Shown piece by piece: positions 25,782-37,322 of a stretch of 64,000 bases of DNA. Below the pieces are notes generated by a model. That model did no database searches, was not told the DNA's origin, and saw nothing but the letters and a program-made list of their open reading frames with translations. Each line of letters begins with the position of its first letter. Position 1 is the stretch's first letter. Location of the stretch: contig LVLI01000040.1 in the NCBI GenBank assembly GCA_001687465.1, positions 1 to 64,000 of the forward strand, given 5' to 3'. This DNA comes from Halocafeteria seosinensis. Its lineage: Eukaryota. The translations under genes were made by a program, and so were the position numbers.

Positions 25782-26641
25782 CGTGTTTACTCCTCTCCTG
25801 CGTCTTTGTTAGACATCCAATACTCCCTCCAATCGGCTCAAGTCATAGATAAGGCAATTATCTACCTTAGGCAATAACGCATGCAGTAAAATATACCGTA
25901 TTCGTCGAGAAGTCGTGCTGTAAAGTAAGCAGCCTCTTCGAACACGCGCGTACAACTTCAACAATCTGTGCACAATGTACAATACAATACCCAAATGAAT
26001 CACTACCCACGCTATTCTCCTACCTGATTGTGCTGAATTGCCTAATTTAAATGATGAAATGAAAAACTATCAAAACGTTGCAAAATTTTCACATTGACCA
26101 CTTGACTTAAGTTTTGGAGGAATTGAAACTGCTGCTACTACACTACCTTCAAGCAACTTGGGAATACAAATATCATGCAATTGCTCGGAAGTTCGTCCAA
26201 AAAGACCGACCAAGCTGATAAATCGGCATCCATCCGACTACAATAGGGAGGAGGTGTTCATTTCGAAGGTGTGAAACATGCTGGCAGCACAACAGCAGAA
26301 ACGACTGAAGACTTCCAGTACGAAGTTACCTGACGATGGAACCCTAAAAATGTCATTCTCTTACATAAAATGTTCTTGGCACGATAGTGAAAGCGTAAAT
26401 GTACCAAGTAAACTTGTTCCATAGTTTGCTAAGTGTGGTAACCCATGCATACATTGCTGGTATGTAAGTTGCGAGTTGGCAAATACTTCACCCACTATGG
26501 CTAACACAAGATACACGAGTGGCAACACATCGGCTAACAAAGACCAAGGTGCTAAATTGTGATGTCTGTGGAAATGAGAAGAGAAAACTCCCTCTACATG
26601 CTAAGAAAAGATTTCGCGTCTGTTAGCGTCCGTTGCAGGAA

Positions 26642-29600
26642 CTACTGGTCGTAACTTTCCTGCTCAGCCGCAGTCCTACGATTATTGTCTTTAGAGGGCA
26701 CAACGATAGCGCTAACTCGCACGGAGCTCTTTCCGACGAACTTTTCTCCAGTGCTATACTGGATTTCCAAAGAATCTTTGAATTGCCCGAGACTCTTGGC
26801 ATATAGGTTGATTGCAATTTGATGGGAAACTCCAGGTGGAATGTAGCTGCCTCCCTCCAAGATTGCTTTGATACTGGTTTGCCCTCTTTTGAATTCGAGG
26901 TGATGGGCATCTATTCGTATACGGAGAGGCTTGGCGTGTACGTTCCTCACGGTAATATGCATAAGAAAAGTCCCTCCAATTTCGCATTCGGCAAAGCGAA
27001 GTACCCTCGGTTGTATGTGAAGTGCCTGGTATTCCTTATGGCTACCAGAAGAGCGGACGCTACCGGGGCGCGGAGGTCGAACATCTTCCTTCTCTGAAGG
27101 AGAAAACTGTGCCGGATAGTTTTTCTTTTGATCGAGGTCTTCGTCCGGTGACCCGACGCCCTCCAGGGCCTGGGTATTTCCTACATCAACGTTTTCATCC
27201 TGAGAGGTGACAGCGGCGTCTGCTCCTGTATATAGGTTTTGATCTTCTCTCTGATCTCCACTTAGAGTACTGGGAGACCGTGGAGACCGGGACACCATAT
27301 CTTCACTTTTGATTTTCTCTTCTGACTTCTCCTCCACATCACTCTCAGAAGATAGGGAATAGTCAATGCTCGGAGACTGCCCGACTTCCTGATTGTTAAA
27401 TTGGGTTTCGGTAGTATCATAAAGAGACGCCTGACGTGCTGCTGCTTCAACAGCTCTGGCGTAAAGTTGCTCTTCATTTGATGCCTGAGGAACTTGGTAT
27501 TGTTGCTTTAACTGCTCTCTAATGGCTTGCCTTTTGGTGTTATCCATCTTATGTGCCCAATAGCTAGGGTCTACATGGCTTCGCAGCAAAGATGACTCGG
27601 GGGTTACATAAGCTTCCTTTTCAGTAGAGGGCGATAAGCCTTCCGTCTTACTTTCAAATTCCTCTTGAATGGAGGGCATCTCCTTTCCTTCAGAAGCTGA
27701 TGGCGAGGCGCTCCCTGGAGGAGAAGACGATGACTTGAGAGAGCGCAAGGGAGTTCGCTTACCTGAGCTCCTGGCAGACACTCTAGAGCTTCTTGCAGTT
27801 GATATCCTCTTTTGATGCCCAGCAGCGAGACGCAGATACTTAAGGTACAATCCGTATCGACGCTCTTCGTCCAATTGTTCAGGAGTTCGGTCATCAGATG
27901 TCTCGAACTGTGCCTTAGTGCTTTCTATCTGCCCTCGCCAAGCTTCTACCGCTTGCTCATCCAACTCTAGAGCCTGTCTCTGGGATCTATTCAATTGTGG
28001 GGCGGACAGTATGTACTGGAGAGCCCACCCTAAGCAACTGCGTTTCCTCTCAACGGGAGCGTTGGATGCAATGGTGGGTATCTTGAGGACGATAGAATTG
28101 AAAGCAGATTCTCGCTTCGCGATAGAGTCTTCAAGAGTCTGTTGTTGCTGCTGCTTTAAACGCGCTAAGGCTGTGGCGTCCGACCGCTCCTCTATCCATG
28201 GAGGCACCGGTCTAGCGTTCTCTCCAAAAATTTCCTTGCGGCTAACCCGGCTACGTTTTAACAATGACTGAACATGTTTGTCCGAAAATTCTATCCATCC
28301 AAAATTGCAGCGGCTAATATACTGTTTTCCGTGTTCGTCGATAACGCCAACTTGATGATTACCCAACCAGTTGCATGACTCCATAATAGGCGTCAGGATT
28401 GAGTGGTACTTTATAGAGGGGGGTTCTACAACTTTTGCTGACGGAACATCGGACCTTTCCATAATTTTATCCGGAGATCCGCTAAATATAAGGTGTCTGT
28501 TTTTCAACGGTAGCCGAGTGCCAACATGACCGACTTCTGTTTCGTTTACGCCGTCCTCTCCCTCATGGATGGAAGAAACAGACGGCGTGTCTGCTCCCAA
28601 GAGCTCATTGGAAGAGGCAGCAGTCTCTGCTTCATGAGATGCCATGAGGAGACTTTCCCACTCTTTGGGAGACAAAAGCTCGGCTGCGTTACCATGCCGG
28701 TCAAACCAAAAGAGGTGGGGCTGCATTGGCTTAGCAATCCTCGGAAATATCACACGAAGGTCGTCTTCAGAACCTGAAGTCTCTAGGGCGCCGGCAATAC
28801 CAGTAAGAATTCCACCAGCTCCATTGAGGTAGAACACATTATTATCGTCATCAGTCACCTTGAATTCCCCTGTCGGCAGCATGAACTTGTATATACCTGC
28901 ATCTTTGGCTGGTTTCATCCCATTATCCTCTCCTTCGTCACCCTTACCTCCGCTCGTCGTTACTGCGCTTTTTCTTCCAAAGAATATGGAACCGACTCCT
29001 GATTCAAGCGCTCTTGCCGGATCATCCATGAAGTGAGGTCTGTATTCTATGTAACCGTCATCGTAACCCAAAACAATATCTCCATCCTGTCGATGCAAAC
29101 GTAGCCTGCCGTTAACGAGCGTCGTAGAACATGGATCATAGTCACAGGAGATAATTGTACCGTCGGGAAGAGTAACGACGAACCTGGTTCGCATAGCGGC
29201 AAACGAAGATGTGTATTCGTAGCCCTGGATGTGGCGAGAACAGTCGCGCTCAAAGGGTAGGTCTACCTCCAGAGTAGGATTGTGACGCTGCGTTATTAGA
29301 GCGCGCTGATACACAACATGTTCGCTCTCATCTCCTTTGAACTCCACATCCGAAGAAGACTTCTTCATAGCCACTCTAAAAATGAACGTTTCATCAGGAA
29401 AAATGGCAAGCGTTGACATATCCGCAAATTCGACATAGATAACCCGATTATAGCTGTAACTGGGATATTTCACCTCATCTCCAAACACATAGGGCATACC
29501 TTCTGCTGTCTTCCACAAGGTACCACTGACTCTCTCTAGTTCCGCCTTGTGCTCCACACTCAAGTGCTGCTGAATGTGTTCTAGTAAAAGGCGGTCTTTG

Positions 29601-32600
29601 GCCTTGTCGTAACGCGGTTGAGCATCAGACCGAGAATCGGATTTTACTTCGGACATCGACTGTATATCTGATGTCATAGGTGTGAGCTCGTACCGTAAAT
29701 GGATGACGGCTAGAGACTCAGAATCTTGAGAAACAGCAACAGTGCTGGCTGGACATGACAGAATAATGCCATTCTCCTCAACTCTGATAATGTTTACACT
29801 CTCCGCTATAGCATTGTTTACATCAGAAACTGAACAATTTTTCATTCGCACTAGCGTGTTGCCCTCCATACCAAACGTGATAGTAATGAAACTATCGTTT
29901 GCCTCGGCACTATCGAGGAAAGTGATAGAGCTTACGTCCACCCCGTACGCCATGAATAACGAGCGAACATGAGGAATACTGCGCAGTGGGATGAAAAGAA
30001 TCGATTTACTATTCGGTAAAACCACATGCTGTAGAGTGACCGTGTTGTCATCTACACTTTCAATATGTCGGATGACAGAGCCATCCTCCGGTACAATTTT
30101 CCTCGCAATTTCGACGAAGCCCTCCGGCCACTTAGGAGATGATCTCAGAGAGTTATCTTGATACCTGTAAGAAACTGTTCCATTCGTACTAATAGAAGCG
30201 AGCTGCGAATTAGCTGAAGCGTATTCACAACGAATGTGGCCACAACCATCCGGTTTCAACGTTCTGATGTCATTTTCTGGTTCCAAAACTTTGCCATCCT
30301 TGATTGCCTGCTCAAGCCATGTGGGGGAGGACGTATCTAAGTCCGAATTCTTTTTCAACCAGCGCTTCAATCTCTTTCTCCCTGGTTTCTCAAGATACCA
30401 CGCTCGTGGCAAGCTAGGCAAGTCATACACCATGTTGAGACGAGAAGGAGGAAGAGCCCCAGAGGAAGCCCGCGAGCCAATTCCATCAAATTCTGCAAAG
30501 AAGGTTCCAATACCACTCCCAATCCCTTCCGGTGCAACCTGAAACATCGACCCCGAATCGGCGGCTAGCGCATCTGCAGACTTAGGTGCTGTAGCTGCTG
30601 GCAGCATGCAACCCAGGATAACTGTTTCTTGATCAACTGTAAGACGGCGCCCAGATACTCCAAACATCCAAGGCCCTTCAGTCCTGCTCTCACAGCCACA
30701 ATGATCAATTCGGATTACACTATCATCGCACGGGAATAACCAATCAGTCCGCGAACAGCTGCGGATACCAGATTTACTGTCCGCAAACGAAGACATGTCT
30801 AAGTCCGTTACGTTTGTTGAAGTGGCGTCTAACAGGTTCTTGTAACTACGGAATTGGGAAAACGTGAGAGCCACAGAGCTGCATAACGAGAAGATACAAT
30901 CGAAATATTCCACCTCGTGTCTACTTCGTGGCACCGTCTTATGAATGATGCTCATAGATTCTCCATGGCCACCATCAACAGCCCAGCAAGCTTGGGGCGT
31001 GTGACTCCGAGACAAAAGGTTTGCCATTTTCTTAAAACCGTGAGAGGCATTCATTAAACGCCAGTTATTCCAATCCATCAACGACCATTTATGTACTTCT
31101 CGTTTATTCTCAAAGCGCAATTTGTCCAATTCCTCATTGACAGTGCCGACAAAGTCCAGTAGCTGTGATTTGTCGGGCTTGTGAGCGATACAAGCGATTT
31201 GCTTCGTCGTTCGGTGTGCGCCATAGACACTCCTTTTTGCTTTTTCTAGCCATTCCATGGGTCCTGCAGGTCTCACACTCGGGTAACCCCAGTGAATACT
31301 TCGGCACATGTGTAACGCATCTGCAGCGTAAAGTACCCTCTCAAAATCGCGACAGATGTCTGCAAACAGCAAACGATGACGACTAGATTGGGTAATTGTA
31401 TTGCTATATTCACCGCCACTGCGCTGAGTTGTTGCTCCATCACCTACAAAACACTCCCGTTCTGTCTCTCTCGACACATGCTCTCTCTCTTTTTCGTTTT
31501 GCCTAGAACTTAGGTGGGGTAAAAAGGCGAACTCGGAAAAGACGGCGTCAATCTCTTTCGAAGCTTGGCTCACAGATTTAGAATGTTGCACATTGTCCCG
31601 AGCCCCCGCAGAGCAGTAGAGACAGCTTCGCCATGTTTCGGGATCAATATTGTACACGAGCCGGTTGTGTTGCGCAGGCGGGTCGTCAGGGCAAGCATCG
31701 TGCAACCCAATGGGGGTTCCTTGTGCTACATAAGACACCGTAGTCTCTCGTAATGCAAACAGTATAGAGCCGACGGTCAAAGAGCTGTCATTAACACCTT
31801 CCAGAGCCGATTGGTAAATGGCAGACAATTCCTGGGCATCAGTATCGGATGCTTTAGGTATATGTATCACTTCTACGCTATCCCGCCATGTGTCGTAGCG
31901 CACGCTATCCCTAAATCCTTCAAAAACCAGCTCTATCGCTTTTAACGAGGTATCGGGAAAGCCGTCGGGCAACGCTTCAGTGGACTGAACGGTTCCGAGG
32001 TCAATGAGTGCCCGTACAGCGTTAATGTCCTCGGTACACACGTCTGAGAGCTGCAATAGATCATTCTTCGACGTCCGATTGACGATATATTCAATTATGT
32101 TCGTTTCCGTTACCATGTCCCTGCCAAAATCCGTTGGGAGTTGGAAGCTCGCCATACTTTTCAAATCTTTAGAGCTCTTTGAGGGCTTCTTCTTCGGTTG
32201 CTTTTGGGTAGACTTTTTGTCCCGAGGTGATGCCTCTTCCTCTCTTTCAGGTATATCAAGTTTCATGTCCACAACTACCCATGCTTCCAAGCAGATATGC
32301 AGTGCTTTGTCCAAAATTGCGCCTTTCATGAGGGGGTTCGTCTCACGAGCACTTAGAGGATAGTCCAACATTATGACCAGCGTTGCCGGCAGCTCATTGT
32401 TAGCATGTATCTGGTTTACGATCCTATCGGCAGCCTCCTTATGAGACTCTATTTCTCGCGGCGATTGCTGCTTTTGTTTCTGCTCTGTCTTTCCCTTACT
32501 ACCACTTCCTTTACCAGCTCCTTTCTTCGCGGACTGAGCCTCGGGGACAGAACCTGAGCCCTGAAGCGCTTCCTTTTGAGCAACCCGCACTTTATCAAGG

Positions 32601-33327
32601 TACTTGACCAATCTTAGCACCAGGGCATGCTCATCGTCTACTGATGAGAGCAGTTCATTCAAATCACCTCCTCCGCCTTTACCACTGGATTTACCACCTG
32701 CGCCTTTCTTTGCAGCAGCCCCCTTCTTAGCACCCTTTTGAGCTGCTTTTTCTGGCTCGTCTTCCGTCTCGGGGCTAACTTCAGTCAGAAGCTGCTCCCG
32801 GGTTACAATCACTATTTCGGGTACATCCCCGCTTCCCTCCTCTTCCAATTTCTGCTGCTGACGTTCAGGCTGAGTTTGAGTATCCTGTTCAACTCTAGGT
32901 GATTGTTCATGCTGCTTCTCTTGCTTTTGTCGACTAAATGCCAATTTCACAGAATCCGCAATCGAGTGGCAGACTTCGCGAAGGTACCCTTCTCGTTGCT
33001 GTTGGTTGGCAATCCACTCATTTCGTGCTTGCTCTTTCTCTTCATCCGATTCACCGGGAGGGTTGAGTAGTAATTGTGCATCATGCTCATTGAGCACGTG
33101 ATTCGGTTGGATGGAGCATAAACACCACCGTTGACCAGGAGCTGTCGGGAAGGGTTCCGTGGATTCCAAGCTGTATAATACATATACAAGCACATGAACA
33201 ACACGATTACTATGGTATTCAGTTGCTGATTCACGTGAATGAGCGTATATAGCCTTGCAAGCCCCGGATTGGGCTCCACGACGTACCATTGCTGTAATTT
33301 GGTGGTATGGTCAATTTCCTCCTCCAT
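26642..33327 (-). CDS. Giant ~2200-aa protein, probable SPAG17/PF6-like axonemal central-pair component
   Basis: A 6.5-kb exon (33170-26642) plus a small upstream exon (33327-33287; further 5' exons are possible). It has KKG-rich flagellar-type linkers, a VIMLDYP motif, repeated beta-hairpin motifs (LPDGT, FPDET, RQDG) and a C-terminal ASH/PapD-like domain (IQPRVLRFAECEIGGTFLMHITVRN). Confidence 0.6.
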
Positions 33328-34001
33328 AATGTTCACCACACCGAGAACACATGCATGTTCGAGTAGACACTCACAATGGGCGTCGAGAAACGCGACAATC
33401 GCTTTACGGCGCTCGGTGTAAGACCCAACCCAGATTCCAGCCGTTAAGAAGTTGAAGTTGGGGTTGTGTGAACCTCACCAGTGCTGGGAATTGTCGTCGA
33501 ACACACTGATCCTAGACAGCGTACAGTCTGTACATGCATGTAGGTGAACAGAAAGCTGTCTTTATTTGATCGTTTTCTGAGGTGCCTTTCGCTTGATTGC
33601 GGGCTGTCTGAGCGATTCCCCGACTGTGGTACAACGATGGTATGTCTTGTGCCCTGGAAGTTTTACACTTAAAGCGATGGCTCCAGTATAGACCCTTTGG
33701 GGGTTCCAAGTGGTTCGTGCAAGTCGGATGATGCTGTTGACTTCTGGTGCCAAGTTATCCGGAGCGAGACCGACGAAGACGCCCCGCCGCACAGTCTACA
33801 ACCACCTGGAGAGACCACGTTGCAAGTTGCAACATGCCAACAGCCTACTTCCTCGGCGAGAATCCTCCAAGTCAACCGGAGTGAGCACACGCGTTATCAT
33901 GGCCTAAACATGTATTGAAATTGGATGTCGGTAAAAGTTGTATGTCCTTTTAGGAAGCACTTGGGTTACGAGTATCAAAAGAGGCAGAAGACTGCACAGC
34001 C

Positions 34002-34496
34002 ATGGTTCCGAATTTAATTGGAATTTCGTGGTTGTCTTCGGCAGGCAGGGGGGTCATCCTGGACTGGGGTAGTCTTGCTTTACAACGTACTTATATCGAC
34101 CAATTGTTGCAAACTGTGTGTGTGGAGAGTTGGCATCTATCAACAATTGCAGATGATGCTTTCCGACATATTGTTCAATTATCCCAATTGCAAACATTGC
34201 GTTTGCGTGAGTGCTACAAGATTACAGATGATGCTTTCCGACATATTGGTCAATTGTCCAAATTGAAAAAATTGGGTATGGAGGGTTGCAATCAATCGAC
34301 AATTTCGAATGATTCTTTCGGACACATTGGTCAATTATTCCAATTGCATATGAAGGGTTGCTATCGATCCAGGCTTCATAGAAATTGTTCGCACGGTAGC
34401 AAATCTAGTGGGGGAAAGGGTGACAGCGATACTGAGTACCGAGATATGCAATACAGTACAAGTTGTACAAGGCATCACATTATGGTTGCGATTTAA
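34002..34496 (+). pseudogene. Leucine-rich repeat (cysteine-containing/AMN1-like) fragment
   Basis: About three 25-aa repeats (ITDDAFRHIGQLSKLKKLGMEGC) with ~75-bp DNA-level repetition. The last repeat is degenerate and no F-box or other domain is visible. Confidence 0.55.
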
Positions 34497-34514
34497 GGTC
34501 TGGATCCAATTTCC

Positions 34515-36482
34515 TTATTCTCTATCGTCCATCCCAATGAGGTGTTCAGCGGCCTGAATTTGTCGCACCGTTTTCTCCAAGGCGCGTAACCTTTCTTGCA
34601 AATCTTGAACGCTTTTTACGACGGTGGTGCTATCCTGTCTATCGGACTCTTCATGGGTGCCCACAGTATCCTCCAGGGCTGCTGATTCTTCAGCTCCAGC
34701 CTGCTCTTCTTTTTCAGCGTTGTCGTCACTTTGCTGGGGCTCCTCTTGATGCGAGTGGTTAGTCGCGCTGTTTGGTTGTGGCTCGTTCTTGTCTTCATGA
34801 TAAGAATGCCGGGATAAGACCACGCCCCCTGTGAATGCGGCCATGCCACTATGAGGATTCAATGCCTCGCTAGCCACTTCAAACAGGGGATGCCCAAAAA
34901 GCGTGTGCAGAGTGGTTTGCAGAACCTGCTCCTGTTTCTCCACTTGCTTGATTTGTTCTCTCGCTGTTCTCAATTGTTCTTCAACAGCATGAGCCGACAA
35001 ATCATCCTCTCGGTTACGTGTCTGCAAAGATAGTGGATCAGACGCAGACGCCTGAGCAGATACAGCAGATTTTTGCTGTTCTTCCCCTTCATGTTCAGCA
35101 TTGTCGTCATCTTCTATTGGAATTGCGGATTCCTGTCTAGGCTTTTTCTTATTGTGATCTCTTACCCTATGCTGTATCTCAGTGTAACGTTGAAGCATAT
35201 CCTGGATTTCTTGCATGATGTTCTCCATGCGCAATTCCGTCCGCATTATCATCTGACCTGTGACGTGCAGACGTTGACTCTCAGTCTGAGGAATCGAGTG
35301 ATCTCCTGAGCTTTGATACTCTTCCATTGCGGCATCAACCAGACCATCGACAACACCCACTTTTTCTTTCTTGTCGTTAATCTGATACACAGAACAGTGC
35401 AGCAAGAATCGGTGCCTGGCAAAACAATAGGTCTCCAACTAGCTCACTCACTTCTGCAACCAATTCCTCAGCTTCAGTTAGCAGGTATTCTCTCCTCGAT
35501 ATCGTCTTCCCGTCCCCTTTATCGCTTCTGCCTGATTGAGCAGAGGCGACTGGACGTTGTTGCTGTGTGTTGGAACGGCTTCGAAGGGAACCACCAGACT
35601 GAGGCCGCTTTTGTTGGCCTGTTGGGCAAAACGAGCAGCAAAAACCTTACCCTTGTTCTTCCAAATGCACAATAGTAAAAGCTAGTGATTCTTACCTTCA
35701 ACAGATGGCTCGGATGAAACAACAGATGCTTCCTCGTCGTCATCTGTGGCAGCCTCTGTTTGGCGACGAGCTTCCGCCTCCATTTGGCGACGCTCTTCTC
35801 GAATAACTTCCGCATTGTCTTTTCTTTGGTCTTCAACCTCTGCCTCAAGATGCGCTGCCTTGTTATTCATCCAATGTATGCGATTGCTTAGTTTCCTATG
35901 TTCTATGTGCATTTGTTGGAGTTTGGTCTCCAGTTGAGCACACTGCCGGGATATACTGGCTTCTTCCTTCGCCAAGCTTACGTACGTACTGTCAGCGTGT
36001 GCTCGGCTTTGCCGAATTTGATTGAGTTCCTGTAAAAGCTCTCGGTTGGCAGTTAGGCGCTTATTTAGTATATCGGCTGCTTTGGTAATTTCGTTCTGAC
36101 GCAAACGAATGGAGCGTTTCGCGTCCTGGTGCTTATAGCTCCATTCTGCACGCTTCTTTCCTTGCGTAATATGGACTGATACCATCCGCTTGAGTTCAGC
36201 ATTTTGCTTCTGTTTTCGGTCATAAGCTATCCTCATACGCATGTTTTCAGCCTGAAGTTGCTCAATCTCCTTGTCTAACGTCTGCACCGGATCCAGTGTT
36301 TTCGACGCTTTCTGTTTTTTGCCCCTTCCAAGGCGAGTATTGCTCTTTTTAGTCTTCGTATTTTCCTTTGCATCTTTGTATGTGTCCCTGGTCTCTCCGA
36401 AACTATCATCATATGCTGCATTCAGCCCTTGTAAAGGGCTGGAAGCCTCTTCCTCCTCCTCCTCTATTCTCCTGGAGGACAT
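34515..36482 (-). CDS. Coiled-coil protein, divergent ODA docking-complex (CCDC114/CCDC63-like) member (3 exons)
   Basis: Exons 36482-35696, 35618-35452 and 35382-34515 join in phase. LNKRLTANRELLQELNQIRQSRAHADSTYVSL aligns by eye with the CCDC114-type segment of the gene at 54095. Confidence 0.5.
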
Positions 36483-36990
36483 ACTAGCGGTCTTCAAGGT
36501 TCAATAACAGTCATTCCATATTGCTGCACTCGTATCAAACGAAAACGCGAACTATGCTATGGTATATGGACAAGAAAGGGAAATTGGCGCGATAGCGGTT
36601 CAGTCGCAACTATCCCGCGGTCGCAGGTGAGAACTGTCGTGACCACATCATGTGGTCGGACAGTGGCCCACGTGCACATGTGGCCGTGACTCTCGATTGA
36701 CACCTTTACTGAGCTTATTAAAGGGAGTATATCCTAGTACGCCGGTATGGGTTGAATTCTATAAAGGTATCTCGCCTGAAACGTACAACCCTTCCGGGTT
36801 CAGATACAATATGTAATCATTCAGTTTGTGCATTGTATCTACCATTTGTCTGTAATAACAAATACACCAAAAAGGGGAGCAAAGAGGAAAGGAAAAGAAA
36901 GACACGAATAAAGAGGGAAATAGTTAGGAACGTGCACAATATGATCCGTTGGATCCAGCGAGACCAGTGTCAGAGAAGAGAGGATGCACC

Positions 36991-37034
36991 GCCGCAGATA
37001 AACGAAGGCATCGGCGCCTTCGTTTATCTGCGGC
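36991..37034. repeat. 44-bp perfect palindrome flanked by an 8-bp direct repeat
   Basis: GCCGCAGATAAACGAAGGC-ATCGGC-GCCTTCGTTTATCTGCGGC (19-bp arms), with GATGCACC at 36983-36990 and at 37035-37042. Confidence 0.9.
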
Positions 37035-37322
37035 GATGCACCAACACCGGGAGATGAGGAACTCAAGGAAGATGCCACACGAACGAGAAACGAGGAATCA
37101 AGGGGGATGCATCGCAAGAAGGAAACGTTGAGAAACAAACACCCGCTGCGAAACAACATGAAGACGGCCCTCAGAGCCCAATCTACCTGATACGAGCGAA
37201 CTATCTGATTCAGGTGAAAGTGAATACAGACATACCGTAGGGTGGACACACCATACCATTCGGTCACTACCAATAGTGGAATTTCAGTGCTCTTCGTAAA
37301 GCCCACTCTAATTCCATAACAG

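Noticed and set aside
33810..33840. GTTGCAAGTTGCAAC as an RFX X-box upstream of the SPAG17-like gene
   Set aside because: The spacing does not fit the X-box consensus, and GTTGCAAC also occurs near non-ciliary genes in this window.
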